A DNA stretch of 64,000 nt from positions 4,524 to 68,523 of the forward strand of contig JBLIMK010000004.1 in assembly GCA_047638715.1 (NCBI GenBank). Reading direction: 5' to 3'. How positions within the stretch are numbered: the stretch's first letter is position 1; the number at the start of each line of letters is the position of its first letter. The translations under genes and the position numbers were made by a program. The notes under the pieces are model-generated. The model had not been told where the DNA came from, ran no database searches, and was given only the letters and a program-made list of their open reading frames with translations. This document shows positions 17,939-26,495 of this stretch, one piece after another. The stretch is from Verrucomicrobiales bacterium (GTDB taxonomy: Bacteria > Actinomycetota > Acidimicrobiia > Acidimicrobiales > SHLQ01).

Positions 17939-19846
17939 ATGTTTCAACGATCTTCAACTGTTCGAAAGATCCTTCGCAGAGCCGTAACCACGTGCGTCGT
18001 CATGGCAGTCGCTGCGATTGCGCTGTTCAACATCGGACCGAGCAGTGGAGCGTCGGCCTCGGCACTCGATGGACCATTTACCCCACACGCATCGCTGGTT
18101 CCCGAAGTCCCCGTGACCGGGTATCCAATCATCCTGAACACGCCCAGCTACATCCTCAACGGGTTTACGGGGTACCGCCAGACCCGCGCCGTCGATCTGA
18201 TCGATAACTACATCGTTTCGGGGGGCGACTTCTACAACATCGAGTTACAGAACGGTCAGACGATCGAGCAGCGATACCTGACCGTCTTTGATGTATCGAC
18301 CAAACAAATCGTGTGCACAAACCTTGACGTAAACAACGAGGTTCTGGCGATCGCACCCGGTCCCGACCAGAACACCGCGATTATCGGCGGCCGCTTCACC
18401 ACCGTCACCGGCGCCGACGGCGTCACCAGAACAAAGCCTCGGGTCGCCAAGATTGATCTCGATACCTGCCAGGTCGATGCCGCGTGGACCGCTGGCCCGA
18501 TCAACTCGAAGGTGACAGAACTGGCGGTACGCAACAACCGACTGTTCGTTGGCGGTGACTTCACCTCCATTGGAGGCGCCGCGATCGAACGTTTGGCCGA
18601 ACTCAACCACTCAACCGGCGCGATCAACACGAACTTCAGCTTCGTGTTCGGTGGCGAGCTATCACGCACCGTTGTTGGGATGGAGGTCAATACCGCAGGA
18701 ACTCGTCTCGCGATAGTCCACCGAGCGACATCGATCGATGGCAATTTCATGCGCGGATCCGCGGTCTTCAACGTGAGTAATCCCAACGCACCAACGCTCA
18801 CCAACCACCGTCTGAGTACCGGCGCGAACGCCTACCAAAACTACCACAAGATCCAAGATGGAGCCGTTTCACCAGACTTCAGCCGGATCGGGATCGTGGC
18901 AGGATTCGTCACAATTGCCGACTACGTGACGCTCGTCCCGACGACCGAAGCGGCAGGCCAAATCAGTTGGCAGCACTTCATGCGAGACAGCTCCACGGGA
19001 ATCGGCATCTCGAACAACGCTGTCTACGTCGGTGGACACTTCTGCAAACCCGATGCTGGCCCAGGCGCCACACAAACCCTGGCTCCGAACGGCGGTCCGG
19101 GCTCCTGTACCGGCGTTTTATTCCCCGGCGGCGTGTGGCGAACCCAACTCGCGGCCCTCAACATCGCCGACGGCACGCCGCTCAACTGGAATCCGGGTAA
19201 CAACAGCTTCCGCGGCGCAACAGCAGTCACGGTCGTCAGTCGCGGCCTACTCGTTGGATACGACAACGACCGTGTCAACAACCGCCGAGTCGGAGCAACA
19301 GCCTTCTTCGACTTCGGCGCTGGACCACCACCACCGCCACCACCACCACCTCCACCACCCGGAGGCCAAACATGCACGGCCACCCAAGGCAACGGCCTCG
19401 TCACCCTCACATGGACCGCCATCGCTGGCGAGAACAACTACATCGTCCGCCGCAACAACAGCTACATCGCCACCGCCGGCAACGTACTCACCTTCGATAA
19501 CAGCCCCGGAACCGGCACCCACACATACCTCATCCGATCCAAACTCGCAGGCGTACAAACCGACACCACCTGCAACCCAGACATCACGATCGGCGCACCA
19601 CCGCCACCACCACCACCTCCACCACCCGGAGGCCAAACATGCACGGCCACCCAAGGCAACGGCCTCGTCACCCTCACATGGACCGCCATCGCTGGCGAGA
19701 ACAACTACATCGTCCGCCGCAACAACAGCTACATCGCCACCGCCGGCAACGTACTCACCTTCACCGACAATGGTGGAGGCGCCGGGGACAGCTACGTGAT
19801 TCGATCCCGCTTCGCGGGAGTGCTGACCGACACAACCTGCAACTGA
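17939..19846 (+). CDS. secreted beta-propeller-repeat protein with two C-terminal polyproline-linked FN3-like modules
   Basis: Sec-type signal peptide (basic n-region, hydrophobic core, ASA site). Repeated GG.F..(V/I).G...........L motifs resemble propeller blades. These are followed by P11-12, GGQTC...TWTAIAGENNYIVRRNN...TTCN, twice. Confidence 0.75.
   Translation: MFQRSSTVRKILRRAVTTCVVMAVAAIALFNIGPSSGASASALDGPFTPHASLVPEVPVTGYPIILNTPSYILNGFTGYRQTRAVDLIDNYIVSGGDFYNIELQNGQTIEQRYLTVFDVSTKQIVCTNLDVNNEVLAIAPGPDQNTAIIGGRFTTVTGADGVTRTKPRVAKIDLDTCQVDAAWTAGPINSKVTELAVRNNRLFVGGDFTSIGGAAIERLAELNHSTGAINTNFSFVFGGELSRTVVGMEVNTAGTRLAIVHRATSIDGNFMRGSAVFNVSNPNAPTLTNHRLSTGANAYQNYHKIQDGAVSPDFSRIGIVAGFVTIADYVTLVPTTEAAGQISWQHFMRDSSTGIGISNNAVYVGGHFCKPDAGPGATQTLAPNGGPGSCTGVLFPGGVWRTQLAALNIADGTPLNWNPGNNSFRGATAVTVVSRGLLVGYDNDRVNNRRVGATAFFDFGAGPPPPPPPPPPPPGGQTCTATQGNGLVTLTWTAIAGENNYIVRRNNSYIATAGNVLTFDNSPGTGTHTYLIRSKLAGVQTDTTCNPDITIGAPPPPPPPPPPGGQTCTATQGNGLVTLTWTAIAGENNYIVRRNNSYIATAGNVLTFTDNGGGAGDSYVIRSRFAGVLTDTTCN
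19329..19762 (+). repeat. 267-bp-period tandem duplication inside the CDS; the first ~167 bp of each unit are identical
   Basis: 19329-19495 is identical to 19596-19762 (polyPro linker plus the N-terminal half of the module). The following ~80 bp of each unit differ at many nucleotides but encode similar peptides. Confidence 0.9.
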
Positions 19847-19890
19847 GGTCTTCGCCTACGCTCGACACAACGTCGACGAGGGAGCCTTCC

Positions 19891-20580
19891 ATGGGCGAGA
19901 TGATCGAATTCGCAGCAAACGGTGGGACGGCCAGAGGCTACGTCGCCGCTCCTGCGGCCGGCACCGGCCCGGCCATCATGGTTATCCAGGAATGGTGGGG
20001 GCTCGCGCCGCAGATCAAAACCGTGTGCGACCAGCTCGCCGAGGTCGGCTACGTCGCGCTCGCTCCAGATCTGTACGACGGAGAACTTGCTGAACACGAC
20101 GAGATGGACAAAGCCAGCCATCTCAGTAGCACACTCGACATGGAGCAGGCCGCGGTCGAGATGAGCGGAGCGATCACCGCGCTCCTCGATCTGGAACAAA
20201 CCAGCAGCAGCACCGTGGGTATCGTTGGCTACTGCATGGGTGGCATGTTGTCGCTCGTGATGGCCGCAAAAGAGGGTGATCGAGTGGCTGCGGTTGCCAC
20301 GTTCTACGGAGCGCCGGTAGGCGAGGGTGGGCCCGACTGGTCTGGCCTCACGGCAGCGGTCGAGGGGCACTTCGCCGAAACTGATGACTTCTTCCCACCC
20401 GACCAGGTCAAAGCCCTCGAGACAGATCTTCGAGGCATGGGCAAGAACGTCACGTTTACGGTCTACCCCGGAACCGGTCACGCGTTCACCAATGAAGACG
20501 ACCCGCTCGGGACCTACAATCCCGAGCTCGACCGCATGACGTGGGGCAGCATGCTCGCGCTCTTCGAAGGCGCTCTCTAA
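19891..20580 (+). CDS. dienelactone hydrolase-family alpha/beta hydrolase
   Basis: GGAG-N6-ATG start. It has the nucleophile motif GYCMGG and a C-terminal GTGHAF. The upstream ORF part overlaps the previous gene. Confidence 0.8.
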   Translation: MGEMIEFAANGGTARGYVAAPAAGTGPAIMVIQEWWGLAPQIKTVCDQLAEVGYVALAPDLYDGELAEHDEMDKASHLSSTLDMEQAAVEMSGAITALLDLEQTSSSTVGIVGYCMGGMLSLVMAAKEGDRVAAVATFYGAPVGEGGPDWSGLTAAVEGHFAETDDFFPPDQVKALETDLRGMGKNVTFTVYPGTGHAFTNEDDPLGTYNPELDRMTWGSMLALFEGAL

Positions 20581-21161
20581 TGCGCCTCGACAGCCACGAC
20601 GAACTGCGCTCGGTTTACCGAATGCCACGGGGCGGCGCCGTCGACAAGGTGATCACAACCCTCGACGAACACTGCGCAACCTTCTTGTCCAAGTCGCCGT
20701 TCATGGTCCTATCGACCGCCGATGCGACTGGCGCGGTCGACGGCTCGCCCAAGGGTGGCGAGCCAGGATTCGCACACATCCTCGATGACGGACGGGTTGG
20801 TTGGGCCGATTCTTCAGGAAACAACCGACTCGACTCGTTTGAGAACGTCGTCACTAACCCGAACATAGCCATGTTGTTCATGATCCCCGGGCTCGATGAA
20901 AGCCTCCGGATCAACGGAACAGCAGAACTCACCACAGATCCGGCGATCTGCGAGGACTTCTCCTACGGATCATCATCAGCGAAGGTCGTCGTGCTCGTGA
21001 CGGTGAATGAGGCCTACATACATTGTGCAAAGGCCTATCGGCGCGCCGGGCTATGGGACCCCGATTCGTGGCTCTCACCAGACTTGGTTCCCAACGGCGT
21101 CGCGATCCTCAAGGACCACGCGTCGATCAGCACTCCTGTGGAAGAGATCGAAGTCGAGTAA
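20580..21161 (+). CDS. pyridoxamine 5'-phosphate oxidase-family (FMN-binding split barrel) protein
   Basis: The ATG overlaps the upstream TAA (TAATG). SPFMVLSTAD...GSPKGG...NNRLDSFENV...LRINGTAEL is typical of this family. Confidence 0.7.
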   Translation: MRLDSHDELRSVYRMPRGGAVDKVITTLDEHCATFLSKSPFMVLSTADATGAVDGSPKGGEPGFAHILDDGRVGWADSSGNNRLDSFENVVTNPNIAMLFMIPGLDESLRINGTAELTTDPAICEDFSYGSSSAKVVVLVTVNEAYIHCAKAYRRAGLWDPDSWLSPDLVPNGVAILKDHASISTPVEEIEVE

Positions 21162-21225
21162 AACAAAGACGTCGAAGCAACGCTGTGGGAGCCGGGCGGT
21201 AAACGCTGACCGAGGTCGGGCTAGA

Positions 21226-21654
21226 TCACGCGTCGACTACGACGAACATGATGTCGGCGCTGCAAGCGACCTTGCCGTTGAGCAGCACGGCTCCCTTGCC
21301 TTTTCCAGCTCGAGCCGAGAGTTGGTGAATCTCCGCCTCGACTTCGACGGTATCGCCCGGGCCAACCTGGCGACGGAATCGGGCTTTGTCGAGGCCACCA
21401 AAAAGTGGGAGCTTTCCCGCATATTGGTCCGGGTCGGTGAGCACCGTGTAGGCACCCATTTGTGCGATCGCCTCACACATCAAGACACCCGGAAGCGTTG
21501 GACGCCCGGGGAAATGGCCAGCAAACCAGAACTCATCACCGCTGAGCGTCCAGGTCGCCTTTGCGTACTCACATGGCCTGAGCTCGACGATCTCGTCGAG
21601 GAAAAGAAATGGCGGGCGATGCGGTAGCACATCGGTTGGAGCGGGAAAGGTCAT
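21226..21654 (-). CDS. fabZ: 3-hydroxyacyl-ACP dehydratase
   Basis: LPHRPPFLFLD, GHFPGRPTLPGVLMCEAIAQ and FRRQVGPGD hotdog-fold motifs. Confidence 0.9.
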   Translation of the reverse strand: MTFPAPTDVLPHRPPFLFLDEIVELRPCEYAKATWTLSGDEFWFAGHFPGRPTLPGVLMCEAIAQMGAYTVLTDPDQYAGKLPLFGGLDKARFRRQVGPGDTVEVEAEIHQLSARAGKGKGAVLLNGKVACSADIMFVVVDA

Positions 21655-21696
21655 GATTGCAGCCTTGCAGCAACTTCGTGTAGAGAAAAATGCAAA

Positions 21697-21720
21697 GGAG
21701 CGGCGCCGTAGCGCCGCTCC
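21697..21720 (-). terminator. intrinsic terminator of hup
   Basis: GGAGCGGCGC-CGTA-GCGCCGCTCC, a 10-bp perfect stem, followed on the minus strand by TTTGCATTTTTCTC. Confidence 0.8.
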
Positions 21721-21750
21721 GTGACTACGGAATGTAGACGATCGAAAAAA

Positions 21751-22029
21751 TCAAGCGCCCTTGCCAGCAGCCTTAAGCTTCGAGCCAGCCTGGATCTTCA
21801 CTGCGGTGCCAGCGGGGATCATGCGAGCCTCGCCGGTACGTGGGTTACGACCCATACGCTCCTTGGTGTCCTTACGGGAGAACTTGACGTACCCCGGAAT
21901 GTTAACCTCGCCGCCGCCGCGAACCTGACCTGCAACGATCTCCATCATGGCGTCGACGCATGAGCCTGCGTCCGACTGCGTTACGCCAGCCTTCGAAGCG
22001 ACCTCTGCAACCAATTCACTCTTGTTCAT
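21751..22029 (-). CDS. hup: HU-family DNA-binding protein
   Basis: MNKSELV...; the GRNPRTGE arm motif; 92 aa. Confidence 0.95.
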   Translation of the reverse strand: MNKSELVAEVASKAGVTQSDAGSCVDAMMEIVAGQVRGGGEVNIPGYVKFSRKDTKERMGRNPRTGEARMIPAGTAVKIQAGSKLKAAGKGA

Positions 22030-22272
22030 ATCTGGATACCTCCTGAGCCACCTACCTGGCGGTCCTTGTGCGAATTACAAGTAAGCGACACCTTAGTAGA
22101 CGAATATGTCGAAGTCGCGGTGTTTCCCTGGAAATTCGTTGGAAAGTCAACGCTGACGAATCTGATCGGACCCCTACTCGTTCGCAACACAAACTACACA
22201 CTTCGGCTTATGCACCTGCCTCTTACACTTCGGGCCGAGGAGAATCCGACATAATCGCGCCCCGCCACTAAG

Positions 22273-22833
22273 ATGCCGGCAATGTCAGGTGACCTCTCGA
22301 CCGGCCCGGTCGGACAAGACGCGAGATTCAACGAGTACGTCGTTCCCGAGCTCGATGTCATGTACCGCGTCGCTTACTCGATCACGCGCAACAAGACCGA
22401 TGCCGAGGACCTCGTCCAGGACACACTCCTTCGCGCGTACCGCGCGATCGAACGTTTCGATGGCCGCTACCCACGAGCCTGGCTTCTGACGATTATGCGA
22501 AACGCTCAGGTCAACCGGGTTCGACGCAAGCGACCGGAGCTGATGCACGATCCCGATGAGACGATGGCGCGAATTGCCGACGAGTCGGCCGAGGCAGCCG
22601 ATGCCGAATCTCAGCTGATCGACAAGGAGTTCGAAGCGCCGATCGAAGCAGCGCTGGCGGCGCTTCCCGAGAAATTTCGCAAGGTCGTGGAGCTGGTCGA
22701 CCTCAACCAACTCTCGTATCAAGAGGCAGCCGATGCTCTCGGTATTCCGGTGGGAACCGTGATGTCACGTTTGCATCGAGCGAGGCGGAATATTCGACAG
22801 CACCTCGAGGCTTCCCCTGTGGAGGAGACCTGA
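22273..22833 (+). CDS. ECF (group IV) RNA polymerase sigma factor, SigR/SigH-like
   Basis: Region 2 (DLVQDTLLRAYR) and region 4 (LSYQEAADALGIPVGTVMSRLHRAR). Its stop overlaps the anti-sigma start. An alternative ATG is at 22282. Confidence 0.9.
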   Translation: MPAMSGDLSTGPVGQDARFNEYVVPELDVMYRVAYSITRNKTDAEDLVQDTLLRAYRAIERFDGRYPRAWLLTIMRNAQVNRVRRKRPELMHDPDETMARIADESAEAADAESQLIDKEFEAPIEAALAALPEKFRKVVELVDLNQLSYQEAADALGIPVGTVMSRLHRARRNIRQHLEASPVEET

Positions 22834-23081
22834 TGGCACAAAAAACTATCAACTGCAGAGATGTAGCGCTTCGTTTACAGACGTACCTCGACGGAGAACT
22901 CGACCACGAGCTCATGGAACGCATTCGCGCACATCTGGATGCTTGCGTCGACTGCGGTCTCGAAGTCGACGTGTTTACGTCGATCAAGAACGACCTCGCC
23001 GCGCAAAGAATCCCCGCCGACTCCGAAGCTCTCTCCCGCCTCCGCGAATTCAGCACCCGCGTCGCGAATGAGGGGCGCTGA
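22833..23081 (+). CDS. zinc-binding anti-sigma factor (ZAS, RsrA-like, soluble)
   Basis: 82 aa with the H-x3-C-x2-C motif (HLDACVDC) plus an N-terminal Cys. ATGA overlap with the sigma gene; no TM segment. Confidence 0.85.
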   Translation: MAQKTINCRDVALRLQTYLDGELDHELMERIRAHLDACVDCGLEVDVFTSIKNDLAAQRIPADSEALSRLREFSTRVANEGR

Positions 23082-23088
23082 TCCGGTC

Positions 23089-24444
23089 CTAGTTTGAGCG
23101 GGCCGGTCGTGCTTCCAAGCCGTTCACCGGCTCGAAGAACATGCCGGCTGCCTGTTGAACAGCGGTCGTCCACGTCGGATACGCCACAGTGACCTGCGCG
23201 AGTCGCCCGACGAACATGCCCAACCTGGCTGCCATAGCGGGGCCATGGATCATCTCGCCTGCTCGTTCCGCAACGATCGTCGCGCCGATTATCTCGCCTC
23301 CGAACAAGCCGCGGGTAAGTGACTTCGGACCAGCGATCAGCTTGACGAAACCGTCGGTGCGTCGCTCGGTCAGTGCTCGATCGACCCGGTCGAGGGGTAC
23401 GTGCGCAACCATCGCTCCGGCTGGCGCCATTCCTTCGGTGACGCCGAGGCGAGCTACCTCTGGCGACGTGAAGGTCACCCATGGGGTCGATGACGCGTCG
23501 TATTTCCAGCGCATTCCCTTTTTGAGCGCGTGGAACGTGGCCAGGCGTGCTTGCTCGTACGCCGCATGGGTGAAGGGCAACAGACCAGTGACATCGCCCG
23601 CAGCACTGATTCCCTTGACCGACGATCGAAGCCGGCCGTCGACGAAGATGTGGCCGCGCTCGTCAGTTTTCACACCGAGCGCCTCGAGATCGAGCGATTC
23701 GGTATTGGCTGTACGGCCGGTCGCAATGAGTAACTCGTCGACGGTGAATGATGAGTCGCCGACGACAACTTCGATGCCGTCACTCACCTGAGACACCGAC
23801 GTCACGAATGATCCGAGGTGCAACTCGACGCTCGCCGTTGCCATGGCTCGCTCGAGCACAGCAGATGCATCGGGTTCCTCGTTCGGTATCAGCCGGGTCG
23901 CGGCCTCGACGATCGACACCTCGCTGCCGAAACCAGCGAAGGCGAGTGCCATCTCGCAGCCGATCGGACCGCCGCCAACCACGCCCAGACGTTTCGGCAG
24001 TCTCGTCAACTCGAACAACGATTCGTTGGTTAGGTACCGAACACCCCCGAGGCCAGAAATCGGCGGAATCGATGGCCTGGCGCCGGTAGCGATGATGATG
24101 TTCTTCGCCGAGAAGGAACTCCCATCGACCACGACGTGCCCCGGCGCCTCGATCACGCCTCGCCCCTCGACAACATCGACCCCGTCGCCGCGAAGAACAT
24201 CGGCACTTTCAGTCCCTGCAATCGTGTCGATCGTTTCGTGGACATACGAGATCGCCTCGACGAACGAGGTGCCGCGCCGGCTCTCCGATATCAGCGTCTT
24301 CGATGGCACGCAGCCCGTAAACGTGCAGTCGCCACCCACGGGCCCATCGGTGATCAACAACGGCTTCGTTCCAAGCGTCGCTGCGGCGCGAGCAGCTCCG
24401 AGACCTGCAGTTCCACCGCCGATGATAATCAGATCGTGTGACAT
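23089..24444 (-). CDS. class I pyridine nucleotide-disulfide oxidoreductase (dihydrolipoamide dehydrogenase/mycothione or mercuric reductase family)
   Basis: ATG 24444 (MSHDLIIIGGGTAGL). Redox CxxxxC motif GGDCTFTGCVPSK, second Rossmann motif VVGGGPIGCE, and a C-terminal dimerisation domain. The ORF extension to 24636 was rejected. Confidence 0.8.
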   Translation of the reverse strand: MSHDLIIIGGGTAGLGAARAAATLGTKPLLITDGPVGGDCTFTGCVPSKTLISESRRGTSFVEAISYVHETIDTIAGTESADVLRGDGVDVVEGRGVIEAPGHVVVDGSSFSAKNIIIATGARPSIPPISGLGGVRYLTNESLFELTRLPKRLGVVGGGPIGCEMALAFAGFGSEVSIVEAATRLIPNEEPDASAVLERAMATASVELHLGSFVTSVSQVSDGIEVVVGDSSFTVDELLIATGRTANTESLDLEALGVKTDERGHIFVDGRLRSSVKGISAAGDVTGLLPFTHAAYEQARLATFHALKKGMRWKYDASSTPWVTFTSPEVARLGVTEGMAPAGAMVAHVPLDRVDRALTERRTDGFVKLIAGPKSLTRGLFGGEIIGATIVAERAGEMIHGPAMAARLGMFVGRLAQVTVAYPTWTTAVQQAAGMFFEPVNGLEARPARSN

Positions 24445-24522
24445 ATCCCGTTGAACCCTTTCGCCGCTCCAGTCCTTCCCAGGTACCGGAATCTCCGGTG
24501 GGTCTGACAGGGTTCTCTCTGC

Positions 24523-24714
24523 GTGCCTGAATTTCTTCTCGACCTTCTGCTTCCGAAGACAGACCGCGTCGTGTTCATCCAATTGGCGATCATGGCCCCG
24601 TTCTGGCTCGCGTTGATCATCGCCACCAGGCGGCAATCAAAGGATCTCCGGACGTTCGTCTATGGCCTCGCGATGCTCAACGTCGCGTGGTTCGCGGCGA
24701 GAACTATTCACTGA
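24523..24714 (+). CDS. possible small two-TM membrane protein
   Basis: 63 codons (GTG start; internal ATG gives 40 aa) with third-position GC about 80% by hand count. It has two hydrophobic helices and ends 38 nt upstream of the lipoprotein gene. Confidence 0.45.
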   Translation: MPEFLLDLLLPKTDRVVFIQLAIMAPFWLALIIATRRQSKDLRTFVYGLAMLNVAWFAARTIH

Positions 24715-24752
24715 CGATTCAGCAGCAGGGCGTCGCTGCCGATCGGGTATGC

Positions 24753-25691
24753 ATGAAACGGTGGATCCTCGTCGGACTCTTCAGCGTGCTCGTTGCTTCT
24801 TGCACCGCACAGCCGGATGTGGCGTCACCTCCTCCTACGGTCGTGGCTCCCGCTAACCCAATTTCTGGAAACACGAGCAATACGGCACCAGCACAACTTG
24901 CCTTCGAAGATTGGAGCAGCGAAGACGTCGCGGCTCAGATCGAATCTGCACTCGACGGTCCGGCCACAATCGTTGCGACCGGACCCATCTTTGAGACGCT
25001 CGAGATCTCGGGCGACGCTTGGCGGGTCACCACTTCGACAGCAACCACCGGACTCACACCAGAACCCGGCTCCATGGTCATCCGTGGTGCTGGGGAAAGA
25101 GAGTGGGTGACGTACGGCAGTGTCCGTGACAGAGCGTTGGTCGAATCCGACTTGAACAGAGCGTTCTTCGATGAAACAGCCGCATTGGGCAACACGTGGG
25201 TCGTCCATTTGCGAAATCAGAGTGGAGCGTTCTCCCCCTCCTTCTTGTCGTTGGACATGATTCGCGGGATCGTCGGCGATCTCGTAGCTGATATTCGCAC
25301 GTCTTCGAGTATCGAGACGACGCTCACCGAAGCCGACCTGGTTGCCGTAGTGCCCGACACCGAGTTCTCCTCGATCACGTTGGAGAGGCGAGGAAGCAGC
25401 ATCGACCTGACGACGTCAGACGGCTTCACGCTCTCGATCACGTCCGGTGTTGCTGACGTGGACCGGCTAGGAACTCCCGACCCTCGCGACGTGCTCACGA
25501 GGCCTCTCCTGATCGCTTCAACGTCATTTCCCCAGGACTGCGTTTCGCCGGTCATCGAGGCAAGAGCTCTGATTGAGAACGGGCCGATACTCTGTGAGAC
25601 GGACGATGAATACGACCAGCTTCAGCAGTGGTTCGAGACGTCGTTCACCAACGCGGAAGGTAGCGATGGGGTCGATGGCCACGACGAATAG
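24753..25691 (+). CDS. hypothetical lipoprotein
   Basis: MKRWILVGLFSVLVAS-C lipobox; no recognisable family. Confidence 0.6.
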   Translation: MKRWILVGLFSVLVASCTAQPDVASPPPTVVAPANPISGNTSNTAPAQLAFEDWSSEDVAAQIESALDGPATIVATGPIFETLEISGDAWRVTTSTATTGLTPEPGSMVIRGAGEREWVTYGSVRDRALVESDLNRAFFDETAALGNTWVVHLRNQSGAFSPSFLSLDMIRGIVGDLVADIRTSSSIETTLTEADLVAVVPDTEFSSITLERRGSSIDLTTSDGFTLSITSGVADVDRLGTPDPRDVLTRPLLIASTSFPQDCVSPVIEARALIENGPILCETDDEYDQLQQWFETSFTNAEGSDGVDGHDE

Positions 25692-25712
25692 TTCGGGTCG
25701 CTGGCCGAACGC

Positions 25713-26495
25713 TTAGCCGTCGAGAGCTGCGCGAAACTCCCGCACGAGCGCTCCGACGCCCTCGGGCCCTGCCCCGGAAAGCATGCGATCTACGATTGCG
25801 GATCCGACGACGACGCCGTCGGCGACAGTGCTGACCTCGACGGCCTGTGCTGGCGTCCCGACCCCGACGCCGATGAGGACCGGCTTGTCCGTCACAGCCT
25901 TCAGACGTCGTGCGATGTCCATTGCCGACGCCGCCAACGAATCTCGGACCCCGGTGATCCCGAGCAAGCCGACCCCGTAAACAAACCCGCGTGACCGTTC
26001 ACAGATTCGGTGAAGTCGTTCCTCGGGAGCGGTCGGCGCCGCGAGAAGGATCGTCTCGATGCCGGCGTCATCGGCAGCAGCTGTCCACGTACCGGTCTCC
26101 TCGAGAGGCAGATCGGGCAGGATCGCGGCCGATACGCCAGCGGCGGCCAAATCGGTGGCGAATCGAACATCGCCTGCTCTGAACGCGATGTTGTAATAGG
26201 TCATCACGGCGAGCGGCACCCGCAGATCGGTTTCGCGAAGCGCGTTCAAGATCGAATGGGGCGTGGTTCCAGCCGACAGTGATCGATCGTTCGCCTCCTG
26301 GATCGTTGGGCCATCCATCACCGGATCTGAAAACGGAATGCCGATCTCGATGCCATCAGCACCAGCTTCGGCCACTGCGTGCAGGGTTTCGATCCAGTCA
26401 TCGCCGAGTCCACCGGTGATATAGGGAACGAGAATCTTGCCACCGCTTTCGCGTCGTGAGCGAAGTGCGGCTTCAAACGTGCTGATCTCAGTCAT
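25713..26495 (-). CDS. trpA: tryptophan synthase alpha chain
   Basis: Typical TrpA motifs ([30 protein letters not shown]); ATGA overlap with trpB. Confidence 0.95.
   Translation of the reverse strand: MTEISTFEAALRSRRESGGKILVPYITGGLGDDWIETLHAVAEAGADGIEIGIPFSDPVMDGPTIQEANDRSLSAGTTPHSILNALRETDLRVPLAVMTYYNIAFRAGDVRFATDLAAAGVSAAILPDLPLEETGTWTAAADDAGIETILLAAPTAPEERLHRICERSRGFVYGVGLLGITGVRDSLAASAMDIARRLKAVTDKPVLIGVGVGTPAQAVEVSTVADGVVVGSAIVDRMLSGAGPEGVGALVREFRAALDG

Noticed and set aside
19024-19704. Minus-strand ORFs containing polyglycine runs
   Set aside because: They are the antisense reading of the polyproline-coding CCN runs inside the propeller-protein gene.
19329-19762. Diversity-generating retroelement (TR/VR pair) as the explanation for the 167-bp identical repeats
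   Set aside because: Both copies are inside the same CDS, they are identical rather than differing at adenines, and no reverse transcriptase gene is nearby.
22030-22272. SigR/SigH-type autoregulatory promoter (GGAAT-N18-GTT) and 62-67-aa ORFs in the hup/sigma intergenic region
   Set aside because: No motif with correct spacing was found by eye. The small ORFs are AT-rich with non-coding composition.
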